Part shown: piece after piece, positions 1 to 9,135 of the stretch
How positions within the stretch are numbered: the first letter of the stretch is position 1
Layout of the letters: each line of letters starts with the position of its first letter
Notes under the pieces: model-generated
Database searches by the model: none
What the model saw: only the letters and a program-made list of their open reading frames with translations
Told to the model about the DNA's origin: nothing
Source: a virus
Lineage: Duplodnaviria; Caudoviricetes
Virus record (IMG/VR): IMGVR_UViG_3300027782_000030
Coordinates: 128,001-192,000 of that record
Reading direction: 5' to 3' (one strand)
Length of the DNA stretch: 64,000 nt
Program-made: the position numbers and the translations under genes

Positions 1-299
1 ACTACAATGTTAGTTATAATAGATACGACGATAATCATTATGAAGTATGTAATAGCAACGAAGTGATTGTTGCGGGTAATAATTATTTTAGCGGTTGGAA
101 CTGCAATGTAGGTGATGCTATTTTTATCAATCCAGTAGGCGAGGTCAGTTTAGCAAGTTGTGGTATGGGTGGTAATGTGGGTCATATATTAAAGGATATT
201 TCTCGTGTTGGACCTAAACAAATCATTTGCAAAAAAGAACATTGCCATTGTGGCACAGACATTATAATCCCTAAATTTATAAACAATGGCAATTCTTAA
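1..299 (+). CDS. 3' part of a probable radical SAM protein (SPASM/twitch-like Cys-rich C-terminus), truncated by the window edge
   Basis: The frame of ORF 63..299 is open back to position 3. It contains WNCNVG...SCG...CKKEHCHCGTD, a Cys pattern typical of radical SAM C-terminal domains. The CxxxCxxC motif is not in the window. Confidence 0.5.
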   Translation, partial: YNVSYNRYDDNHYEVCNSNEVIVAGNNYFSGWNCNVGDAIFINPVGEVSLASCGMGGNVGHILKDISRVGPKQIICKKEHCHCGTDIIIPKFINNGNS

Positions 300-1515
300 T
301 AGAGACTCTTATCCTAAGATTCATACTAGTTTTGAAAAAGTAGGTACACCGCATTGGACAGCACCTGTTAACAAGACTGTTACAGAAGGAAATGTAACTT
401 TTCAAGTATATTACTTTGATGAAAATAAAGATTATTGGTTCATTGACATATATAACGGAAATGCATTTGAATGTTACCCTATAGAAACTATTCTTCCTGA
501 AGAAATATTAAGAAAAGTTTACAATAAGGAAGTAATATTATTAATTTCAAATACTCATGAAACTTATCACAGTTGTATTACTGGAATATATAGAGATTTG
601 GTAGTTAGGGCTAATATCCCTATAGAGCAGATAATATTTCTAACCGAGTCTGCTGATATAATAGAAGAAGTAGACATTGTAAGACAAAAATATAATTTAG
701 AACGAATCAATGTTGAATGGATAAGAACATTTGAGTTCAACGCAAAAAGTCAATTTTTACATATGTTTACTAATCCACCATTAACTCTTGAAAATAAACA
801 TTATGATAAAAAGTTTCTAAGTTTTAATCGCCATATGATGACTCACGGTAGATTGCATAGAGGCGGTTTAATAGCATTATTATGTGCTATGAACTTATTA
901 GACAATGGATTCGTTAGTGCTGGAATGTTTTATGAATATCCAACTTGGAATGACATTTTAAATGAGTTAAAACGTTACCATAATGACAGTGAAGAATTCA
1001 TTCAGTTATTAATGGCTAACGAACAACGAATTTTAAATATTGGCGACTTGACTGTAGATGTAGATAGCACTGTTTTAAAAGAGCGTGATAATGCTTATCT
1101 TTTACCTTCTATAGCTAAATTTTATGAAGATTCTTATTTTAGCGTAGTTACTGAAACAAATTGTTTTGCTAAAGGAATAATGCAGGGTGATATAACTCCA
1201 CCTGGTAGATTACTAAGTGAAAAAACATTTAAAACGATTGCTATTAAACATCCCTTCATTATAGTAGCTAGAGCTAAAACACTTGAATTGCTTAGAGAAA
1301 TAGGATATAGAACATTTAGTCCATGGATAGACGAAAGTTATGACAATGAATTAAATGAATCAGCTAGAATGTTAATGATAGTTAAAGAAATAAAAAGATT
1401 GTGTGAATTATCTTCTGACCAGTTAGTTGAGTTTTTAAACAATACTAGAGAGATTTGCGAATACAATCATCAAGTATTATTGAGTAAAAATAAATGGACA
1501 ACACAACTAAATTAA
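286..1515 (+). CDS. Glycosyltransferase-like protein (GT10/GT-B-like), paralog 1
   Basis: Motifs KKFLSFNR...HR, SYFSVVTET, SEKTFK..HPF and GYRTF..IDESYD are shared with four other domains in the window. Confidence 0.55.
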   Translation: MAILNRDSYPKIHTSFEKVGTPHWTAPVNKTVTEGNVTFQVYYFDENKDYWFIDIYNGNAFECYPIETILPEEILRKVYNKEVILLISNTHETYHSCITGIYRDLVVRANIPIEQIIFLTESADIIEEVDIVRQKYNLERINVEWIRTFEFNAKSQFLHMFTNPPLTLENKHYDKKFLSFNRHMMTHGRLHRGGLIALLCAMNLLDNGFVSAGMFYEYPTWNDILNELKRYHNDSEEFIQLLMANEQRILNIGDLTVDVDSTVLKERDNAYLLPSIAKFYEDSYFSVVTETNCFAKGIMQGDITPPGRLLSEKTFKTIAIKHPFIIVARAKTLELLREIGYRTFSPWIDESYDNELNESARMLMIVKEIKRLCELSSDQLVEFLNNTREICEYNHQVLLSKNKWTTQLN

Positions 1516-1625
1516 AATGCGATTTAATATATTTTGTAGGTGACAGTGTAACATTTGCGATGGATCAACTTTATATAGCAGATAAAATTTTAGAACATAT
1601 TGAAAAATTTAATATATTAAATTAA
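1494..1625 (+). pseudogene. 43-aa internally deleted SGNH-like remnant
   Basis: Translated by hand: MDNTTKLKCDLIYFVGDSVTFAMDQLYIADKILEHIEKFNILN. A GDS block is joined directly to a C-terminal-like helix. Confidence 0.45.
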
Positions 1626-1969
1626 CCATACTTCTTCATTTCTCTTACTGGGTCATTTAGTTTTTCTGCCATACTATTTTTTAAATCGTACCGTTTATGC
1701 ATTACATCTCTGACATGCAATGCTCTACGACCCACTTCTGCTAAATCGTATAAATGTTCAACACGGAATTTTTTAAAATCATCTTCTAAATCCCACACTT
1801 CCGCGTGTACTTCATATAATTGATCAAGTTCGTCCTTTATTAGTTCAAAATCAATGTCATGTAATTGTTCAGTGTAGAAGTCTAGTTCTTCTTTATTATT
1901 GCCTAATTTTGCAAATTTTAATTTGGCAATGCAATAACGGTCTACTAATTCTATTATTGGGAATTTCAT
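1622..1969 (-). CDS. Hypothetical helical protein
   Basis: 115-aa ORF, last gene of the minus-strand operon, overlapping the upstream gene by 4 nt. Confidence 0.7.
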   Translation of the reverse strand: MKFPIIELVDRYCIAKLKFAKLGNNKEELDFYTEQLHDIDFELIKDELDQLYEVHAEVWDLEDDFKKFRVEHLYDLAEVGRRALHVRDVMHKRYDLKNSMAEKLNDPVREMKKYG

Positions 1970-2670
1970 AAGTTATCTTTAATTAAATTTAAAATTTCAA
2001 TCTGCTGCTGAGGTGAGGTATGATAATGGGCATCACCGAAGATATCAACATAATTCTGTTTATATGTGTTACCGGTAATACATTCATACCATGGTACTTC
2101 AGTAATTGGCATATTAAGTAAATCAATGACTAATATAGCAGGTATATTACTTACATATAATTTATGTAATACTGCTTGCATACACCATAAATCTATTTTT
2201 CTTTTCATCATGGGTGAATACATATGCATGAACCATTGTTTTATAGCATCGTCCTTTTCTTTGGGAGCATGAGCTTTAGGGAATTTTGTTATAATTGGCT
2301 CATGTAATAACGACATAAGATTCTCACTAATTAAGGACGGCGAAGTATTATTATTTAATATCCTAGGATAATATGATATATCGAATAAGCTAGCACACCT
2401 ATTTACATATCTATTATCATTGTCTTCACCTGAAGTAGTGCTTAATTCTATGCGGTCAATGACCGTAGTCCCAAATAATATTAGATCAGGTTTATCTAAT
2501 ATGGCCTGTTCAATTTGCAGTGCGATTCCACCGTTACTCATTCCCCCGCGAGCATATGTAACAAGGTCATATCCTAATTCCTTAGCAAACAATTCTGAAA
2601 AATGAGTATTTTTATAATTATTATAATCTGGTGTCATCCAACTATCACCGCATACTATTAATTTTGGCAT
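1966..2670 (-). CDS. SGNH/GDSL-like hydrolase or acyltransferase
   Basis: N-terminal LIVCGDSW, RGGMSN block and a late DAHYH motif. Confidence 0.6.
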   Translation of the reverse strand: MPKLIVCGDSWMTPDYNNYKNTHFSELFAKELGYDLVTYARGGMSNGGIALQIEQAILDKPDLILFGTTVIDRIELSTTSGEDNDNRYVNRCASLFDISYYPRILNNNTSPSLISENLMSLLHEPIITKFPKAHAPKEKDDAIKQWFMHMYSPMMKRKIDLWCMQAVLHKLYVSNIPAILVIDLLNMPITEVPWYECITGNTYKQNYVDIFGDAHYHTSPQQQIEILNLIKDNL

Positions 2671-3866
2671 ATTTCTACCTTAGGAAAATATTTTAAGAAA
2701 ATGTCTTGCTCAATATTACGCACAGTTTTAATTCTTTTACTAATCTCTGTAAAAAAGTTCCAAGCCAATGGCATAAACACAAGCCGATCATTTGAACTAA
2801 ACTCTTTGATAGCATCAGGTCCTTTTATAAGAATATTTGTTCCTGGCGTATACAAATTATGCTTTAATGGGTTGTCATCTATAATCAAATCTAACTTCAT
2901 ATCTAAGAAATTCAATAGTGTATTACCTTTTGCGGCTGCACCGTAGCCAATTATTTTATAGCCGTTAAACTTATAGGACTCTATAGTACGCTTTAACTCG
3001 TCCATATTACTTTTGACATTTTTTTCCCATATAGTATACGTTTTTATGTTTAGTAAGGCTTTCTCTGTTTTGATTTTGTCATCGATGGTCGATGAATCAT
3101 CCTTAGTACTTAATATGAATAAGTAACTGTTACCGTGTACAGGAGTTTTGATAGCGTCAATCAAGTATAGCCCTGCTCTTTTGGCTAACTCATACAGACT
3201 GTTGATATTAAAGAAATTAATATGCTCATGGTATATAGTATCAAACTCATTATTCAGAACCATATCTGCTTGACTAGTCTGAATGAATAATAGTGTATGG
3301 TCACGCATCAACTTTTTACAAGTTTGTAAGAATTCTAGTGGGTTAGGATTATGTGCAAAAACATTTTGGGCAGTTATAGCATCAAATTCATATTTAATTT
3401 TATCTACCACATCAGGACCAAAAAAGTCACATATGACATTATGTTTTGCTGAACTAGTAGGATATATATTTTCTGCTGGATCTACACCAAACGTGTTAAA
3501 CCCTCTAGACTTGAAAGAATCTAATTGAGTTCCGTCATTGCATCCAATATCTAATACATTGGATGTTTGTTTGTTTAGTTTTTCAATGACATAATTAGCA
3601 AACCATTCGCTATAATCTTTTAGGGTTTTGCTAGTACCGCTTACATACAAGTAGTTTTTATAGATTGTTTTTGGATCAACCGTATGAGTTAATTGAAGAT
3701 GATAGCAGATTCTGCATAAATTTACTGCTAGAGGATACCGATCTTCAATCCCATCTTTAAGATTGAGATAACTGTTAGCCAATGGTTGAATACCTAGGTC
3801 AAGCGCCAATGACAAATTTTTATTACCACACGCTAAACACGCATGATTGTATTCTATTTTACTCAT
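2658..3866 (-). CDS. NDP-hexose C-methyltransferase (TylCIII/NovU-like; Zn-binding N-terminus, class I SAM core, C-terminal domain)
   Basis: CLACG...CRIC Zn motif, YLYVSGTS, VLDIGCNDG, NVFAH, IYHEH and GYGAAAKGNTLLN. Confidence 0.85.
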   Translation of the reverse strand: MSKIEYNHACLACGNKNLSLALDLGIQPLANSYLNLKDGIEDRYPLAVNLCRICYHLQLTHTVDPKTIYKNYLYVSGTSKTLKDYSEWFANYVIEKLNKQTSNVLDIGCNDGTQLDSFKSRGFNTFGVDPAENIYPTSSAKHNVICDFFGPDVVDKIKYEFDAITAQNVFAHNPNPLEFLQTCKKLMRDHTLLFIQTSQADMVLNNEFDTIYHEHINFFNINSLYELAKRAGLYLIDAIKTPVHGNSYLFILSTKDDSSTIDDKIKTEKALLNIKTYTIWEKNVKSNMDELKRTIESYKFNGYKIIGYGAAAKGNTLLNFLDMKLDLIIDDNPLKHNLYTPGTNILIKGPDAIKEFSSNDRLVFMPLAWNFFTEISKRIKTVRNIEQDIFLKYFPKVEICQN

Positions 3867-4764
3867 ATGGTATGAACTGGTTTCTATTGCTAAAGGTTGT
3901 CTGATCTATCTTAGATACAATATCATTGACAATTGAGTCAATAGTCTCTTTAAACTGAAAGTTATAAGTATGCTTAAATTTTTGAGTGTTCATAATAAAA
4001 TCATAAACGCCTGTTACGCTAGGTTGTATTTTTATATTTGAAGTAGTTAAACTACTAACCATTAGGCTAATGTTATCAACAGTGTCATAGAAGCTAGCCA
4101 AGTTGTATATTCCAACTTTTGGATTCTGTAGTACACTATTAACTGCAAGACCAATATCAGCGATACCCAATATTGGTCTTGTTATTTCTTTATTATTAAT
4201 AAAAATGGTACCCAACTCAATTGATTTTTTAGTCATTGAATTAATCATTAGGTCTTCCCGCATGTTTGGACTCCATCCATTCACTGTTCCAAATCTAAAT
4301 CCAATTATATTATACCCATCTTGAATAAACTTTAGTGCATGTGTATCAAGCGTGTATTTGGTTAGATCATAGTTGTTTATGGGTTTAAATAGCAAGTTAT
4401 TATCTTCGCTCGTTTCTTTGGCAGAGTTACCGTACACACTTCCGCTGCTTGCATAAATCAATGTTTGTTTTTTGTCAATCATTGATACCAAATTGACAAA
4501 GTTATTAACATTGTTGTTAAAACTTGAAGTAATATCGCCGTTACACATATTCACTGAACTATGACCGGCAAGTAGAATTATGGCATCAAACTTACCTAGG
4601 AATTCTTTGGAAAGAGTATTGTAATCCTGTGTAATACTAGTACCTAGATTTCTTTCAAACCAACAAAGGTCAACACTCTGCATTTGGTATTGATATTGAA
4701 GGTCATGTATTAGTCTAGATCCTATATATCCATTGCCTCCCAAAATTAAGACTGTTTTAGCCAT
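3859..4764 (-). CDS. NAD-dependent epimerase/dehydratase (extended SDR)
   Basis: GGNGYIGS Rossmann motif, YASSGSVYG, YDLTK (YxxxK) and RFGTVNG. Confidence 0.9.
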   Translation of the reverse strand: MAKTVLILGGNGYIGSRLIHDLQYQYQMQSVDLCWFERNLGTSITQDYNTLSKEFLGKFDAIILLAGHSSVNMCNGDITSSFNNNVNNFVNLVSMIDKKQTLIYASSGSVYGNSAKETSEDNNLLFKPINNYDLTKYTLDTHALKFIQDGYNIIGFRFGTVNGWSPNMREDLMINSMTKKSIELGTIFINNKEITRPILGIADIGLAVNSVLQNPKVGIYNLASFYDTVDNISLMVSSLTTSNIKIQPSVTGVYDFIMNTQKFKHTYNFQFKETIDSIVNDIVSKIDQTTFSNRNQFIPYE

Positions 4765-4771
4765 TGTGATT

Positions 4772-4803
4772 TATTTATATGGTAATATAGTCTACAATAA
4801 ATA
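4772..4803. promoter_or_regulatory. Divergent T4-type late promoter motifs
   Basis: TATAAATA on the minus strand (4772-4779) and ATAAATA on the plus strand (4797-4803), each a few nt before a start codon. Confidence 0.6.
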
Positions 4804-4808
4804 ATGTA

Positions 4809-5951
4809 ATGATTGTGAATAATCTTAAATTCTATTATATAGATACTGTATCTGCCTCAGATAATGAAGTCCCTTCAATTAGGTACGCCAGTGCTTATCA
4901 ATCGTTGCCGATATATTCTAACCATAATTATTATTACATAGAATTTAAACGGTCTCTTTCTAGTTTATCTGAATGTTTGATTAAGGACAATGTATTACAT
5001 CAGCTAGTACACGGTGACTTATACCTTGCGCTATGTAATAGTCATGAAGCCTTTCATTCTGTAGTTGATGAAGTATATGAACACGCTGTAATAGAATTAG
5101 CCATTCCTGAACATAAGATTATATTAATAAGCGAATCAGCGGATATAGTCACTGAAGTTAACGATGTGGCATTACAATTGGGTAAACATCCTATTAAAAC
5201 TCTTTGGGCTAGAATTTTTGAATGGGCAGGTAATAGATATATTAATTCCGTTTTAAACGGTAAAACTAATCCCAAATTAATAGACAAATCTTTTGGTAAA
5301 GCTTTTTTAAATTTTAATAGGAGATGGAGAACACACAGACCTGCTTTAGTAGCATTATTATTTGCTAATAATTTATTAGATAGGGGTTATGTAAGTTTGG
5401 CTCCGGTAGAGGGAACGAATTGGGAACTGATTTGGTGGTCATTAGTATCGTATCATAATGAAGAGATATCTACATTGTTAACAATGTACAAAGACGATAT
5501 ATGCAACATACCTCCTTTATTTTTAGACGCCGAAAATATGGAAGTCAACCGAGTTGAACATAGTGAGTCAGTAGCATATTTGTATAATGACAGTTATTTT
5601 AGCATAGTGACTGAAACAAATTATTATGCCAATCAACCGGGACGATTCTTCAGTGAAAAAGTTTTTAAACCAGTTGTTATGGAACATCCATTTATAATAG
5701 TATCTAGGCCACATTCACTAGCAAAATTTAAAGAATTGGGCTATAAATCATTTAGTCCATATATTGATGAATCATACGATGAAGTAGAAGATGACTCGGA
5801 AAGATTACTAGCGATAGTAAACGAAATAAAAAGATTGTCTCTTTTATCCCCTACAGAATTGTCAGAATTTTTAATCAATGTAAAGCCTATATGCGATTAT
5901 AATTTTAAAATTTTGTTAACTAAAAAAAATTTTATTACCCATTTAAATTAA
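4809..5951 (+). CDS. Glycosyltransferase-like protein, paralog 2
   Basis: KAFLNFNRRWRTHR, SYFSIVTET, SEKVFKP..HPF, GYKSF..IDESYD. Confidence 0.55.
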   Translation: MIVNNLKFYYIDTVSASDNEVPSIRYASAYQSLPIYSNHNYYYIEFKRSLSSLSECLIKDNVLHQLVHGDLYLALCNSHEAFHSVVDEVYEHAVIELAIPEHKIILISESADIVTEVNDVALQLGKHPIKTLWARIFEWAGNRYINSVLNGKTNPKLIDKSFGKAFLNFNRRWRTHRPALVALLFANNLLDRGYVSLAPVEGTNWELIWWSLVSYHNEEISTLLTMYKDDICNIPPLFLDAENMEVNRVEHSESVAYLYNDSYFSIVTETNYYANQPGRFFSEKVFKPVVMEHPFIIVSRPHSLAKFKELGYKSFSPYIDESYDEVEDDSERLLAIVNEIKRLSLLSPTELSEFLINVKPICDYNFKILLTKKNFITHLN

Positions 5952-5953
5952 CT

Positions 5954-6763
5954 ATGACAGATTTATCTAACATTGATTTTGGTAAATATAAACGCTTCTT
6001 TGCGTTTGGATGCAGTTTTACTTCATATCATTGGCCTACTTGGGCTGATGTATTAGCATCTGAAATGCCTAATGCTGAATTTTACAATTTTGGACATTGC
6101 GGTGGTGGTAATTCAATGATATCTAATCGCATTGCTGAAGCAAATTGTAGATATAAATTTACCGATACTGATTTAGTTGTGCCGATGTGGACTACATTTT
6201 GTAGAGAAGATAGGTATAGAACTGGTCAATGGATGAGTACTGGTAATATGTTTAGCCAAAATGAATTTGATGAAGAATTTGTGAGAAAATATTGCGACCC
6301 AATTGGATATTTGTTAAGAGATTTAGCAATAATTACTGTTACAAGTACCTATCTTAAATCCTTGCCTTCTGATTCATTCATGTTAAATGGAGTACCTTAT
6401 ACTTATCAAATGGATATTGAAACCGCACCATATCCAAAATTAAAAGAAATTTTGGAATTATATAAAGACACTATTAGCTTAACTCCACCTGCATTAGTTG
6501 ATTTAGAATTAGGAGGTGAATTTAAACACGGTCATGAATACTCAAGGATGCATAATGGTGATTGGTACTTAGACTATCATCCAAACACATTGCATTATAA
6601 TGGATACCTTAAAAAAATAGGTCTACCGTTAACATCTAAATCTTCAATGTATACAGAACATTCAATGACATTGTTAAAATCAACTAAAACAGAAGCACAA
6701 TTGATCATCGCCTTTAATAAAATGGTTGACGATAGAAATACAAAATTAAAAAATCTTTTTTGA
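5954..6763 (+). CDS. SGNH-like protein (GCS variant)
   Basis: FFAFGCSFT, NFGHCGGGN and DYHP resemble SGNH blocks I, II and V. Confidence 0.5.
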   Translation: MTDLSNIDFGKYKRFFAFGCSFTSYHWPTWADVLASEMPNAEFYNFGHCGGGNSMISNRIAEANCRYKFTDTDLVVPMWTTFCREDRYRTGQWMSTGNMFSQNEFDEEFVRKYCDPIGYLLRDLAIITVTSTYLKSLPSDSFMLNGVPYTYQMDIETAPYPKLKEILELYKDTISLTPPALVDLELGGEFKHGHEYSRMHNGDWYLDYHPNTLHYNGYLKKIGLPLTSKSSMYTEHSMTLLKSTKTEAQLIIAFNKMVDDRNTKLKNLF

Positions 6764-6777
6764 ACTTAGGAATATTA

Positions 6778-9132
6778 ATGAAAAAAGTAACAATGATTGG
6801 AGTAGGCAAATTAGGACAAGACTGTGCTGAGGTAATGGCAGACGCGGGCTATGATGTAATCGGTTATGATATAGAACCTAGGTCACCTAAGTTTCCTATG
6901 ATGAATACTATTAAAGAAGCAGTCATTGACCGTGATATTATTTTTATTGCTGCACCAACACCACATGATCCTATATACGGCGGTGAAACTCCTACTAGTC
7001 ATTTACCTAATAAAGACTTTAATTATAATATAGTAATCAATATACTCAATGAGGTAAACATATTCGTTAATAAAAAGCAACTAGTTGTACTTATAAGCAC
7101 CGTGTTACCCGGGACAGTTCGTAATCATTTAGAACCTTGTATTACTAACGCTAGATTCATTTACAACCCATACTTGATTGCAATGGGCACGGTCAAATGG
7201 GACATGGTAAACCCTGAAATGATTATCATTGGAACAGAAGATGGTAGTATTACAGGTGATGCACAAGAGTTGATTGATTTTTATAATGTGTTTATGAATA
7301 ATAATCCTAGGTACGAAGTAGGTACTTGGGATGAAGCAGAATCAATAAAGATTTTTTATAATACTTTTATTAGTACTAAGTTAGCACTAGTGAATATGGT
7401 TCAAGACGTAGCCGAAACAAACGGCAACATTAATGTAGACATTGTTACCAAAGCATTAGCAAATAGTACACAGCGTATTATGGGCCCTGCATATATGCAA
7501 GCTGGCTTAGGAGATGCAGGAGCGTGTCATCCTAGAGATAATATTGCATTAAGGTATTTAGCCGATAGATTAGACTTGGGCTATGATCTGTTTGATTGCA
7601 TAATGACCGCTAGAGAAGTACAAGCAGAGCGTATGGCACTCAGATGTTTAAAGAATGGTAAGAACGTCACTATTATCGGTAAAGCATATAAACCTAAAGT
7701 ACCTTACACAAATGGTAGCGCTAGCATGTTGGTCGGTTATTATATTGAAAAACATGGAGGCTATATTAATTATTACGATGAAAATACAGGTGATTTAGAT
7801 TTAAAAACAGAATGGACTGAAGTATATTTAATTGGATATTGGGAAGATTGGGTGCATCATGCATTAAATAATATTCCATGTGATTATAGGTCAGTAGTTA
7901 TAATTGATCCATGGAGGAAGATTTCTGACCATAATGCATCTTATAAGTTTGAAACTATCGAATACGGTAACACTAGACCAAAAAATATATATGGGGTAGA
8001 AAACTCTCAATATCTAATTTATCAAACCGGTCATTTAAAGAATTTGTTTGGGTTATGGCCTGAAATGGAAAAACATAAAGATATTATTCATCTCATTGAT
8101 GCTGAATCAGGTCTAACAAAATTTCATTTGAGACCCACGGAATTGATTGTAGAAGAAATATTAGAGGCTTCTAAGAATGGAAAAATTAAATTTTTATTTA
8201 ATAATTTAGCTGAAGGATATCAAATTCCAGCAGTAGACAAAATTCACCGCATTGCAAATATATTAGAAAATCAAATTGATTCCAAGAATCTTATATATTT
8301 GACATCTTCGCCCGGAGTAGAACAAATATATGAAGATTTGTTTTCCAGTAAAAAGAATAAAAATTGGAAAAATAAAATTTCAATATTGTCTGCCCATGCT
8401 TTTCATTTATATACTCAGTGGAGTATGTTAGAGCTTAAAGAGTTAACTAATTATATAATTAAAGAAAAATCTAAAGATTTTTTATGTTTCAACAAAGTTC
8501 CTCGTGAGCATCGAATCAGACTACTTAATAGAGTGCTAGAGCATAATATGCTAGATAAAGGTTATTATTCGTTTGAAGGGTTACCAAATTGGTTAGACTT
8601 TTTACCCGAAGAATTCAACAGCATCAAATTAAATGAAAATAAATTTCCAATAAAATTAAATATAACCCCTGAAAGACCAAATCCGTTAATGGTAGAAGTT
8701 CAGGATCTTAAATATTTTGATGATAGTTATTTTAGTATAGTTACCGAAACAACTTTTTATAATAATGACCATCCGCGTATTGTTAGATATGGGACCTTAG
8801 ATAATATTTTTATTACTGAAAAGACTTTTAAATGTTTTCCTGCAATGCACCCGTTCATTGTATTTGCTTATCCTAATTTATTATCTGAATTAAGAAAACT
8901 TGGGTATAAAACGTTTGCACCCTTTATAGATGAATCATATGATACTATTATCAATGATGATGATAGATTTGAAGCAATATGGAAAGAAATAACTAGATTA
9001 TTACATAAAACACCTGAAGAATGGATTCAATGGCAATCTGGCATCAAAGAAATCGTTGAATTTAATAAAAATCATTTTTATTCAAATACAAATTATTCTT
9101 CTACCCCTATTGACGATATTTTTGGAGACTAA
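6778..9132 (+). CDS. ugd: UDP-glucose/GDP-mannose 6-dehydrogenase fused to a C-terminal glycosyltransferase-like domain (paralog 3)
   Basis: IGVGKLG, NPYLIAMG, KIFYNTFISTK and GACHPRD (catalytic Cys), then FLCFNK..HR, SYFSIVTET, TEKTFK and IDESYD. The ATG at 6778 is preferred over the TTG at 6760. Confidence 0.8.
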   Translation: MKKVTMIGVGKLGQDCAEVMADAGYDVIGYDIEPRSPKFPMMNTIKEAVIDRDIIFIAAPTPHDPIYGGETPTSHLPNKDFNYNIVINILNEVNIFVNKKQLVVLISTVLPGTVRNHLEPCITNARFIYNPYLIAMGTVKWDMVNPEMIIIGTEDGSITGDAQELIDFYNVFMNNNPRYEVGTWDEAESIKIFYNTFISTKLALVNMVQDVAETNGNINVDIVTKALANSTQRIMGPAYMQAGLGDAGACHPRDNIALRYLADRLDLGYDLFDCIMTAREVQAERMALRCLKNGKNVTIIGKAYKPKVPYTNGSASMLVGYYIEKHGGYINYYDENTGDLDLKTEWTEVYLIGYWEDWVHHALNNIPCDYRSVVIIDPWRKISDHNASYKFETIEYGNTRPKNIYGVENSQYLIYQTGHLKNLFGLWPEMEKHKDIIHLIDAESGLTKFHLRPTELIVEEILEASKNGKIKFLFNNLAEGYQIPAVDKIHRIANILENQIDSKNLIYLTSSPGVEQIYEDLFSSKKNKNWKNKISILSAHAFHLYTQWSMLELKELTNYIIKEKSKDFLCFNKVPREHRIRLLNRVLEHNMLDKGYYSFEGLPNWLDFLPEEFNSIKLNENKFPIKLNITPERPNPLMVEVQDLKYFDDSYFSIVTETTFYNNDHPRIVRYGTLDNIFITEKTFKCFPAMHPFIVFAYPNLLSELRKLGYKTFAPFIDESYDTIINDDDRFEAIWKEITRLLHKTPEEWIQWQSGIKEIVEFNKNHFYSNTNYSSTPIDDIFGD

Positions 9133-9135
9133 TAA

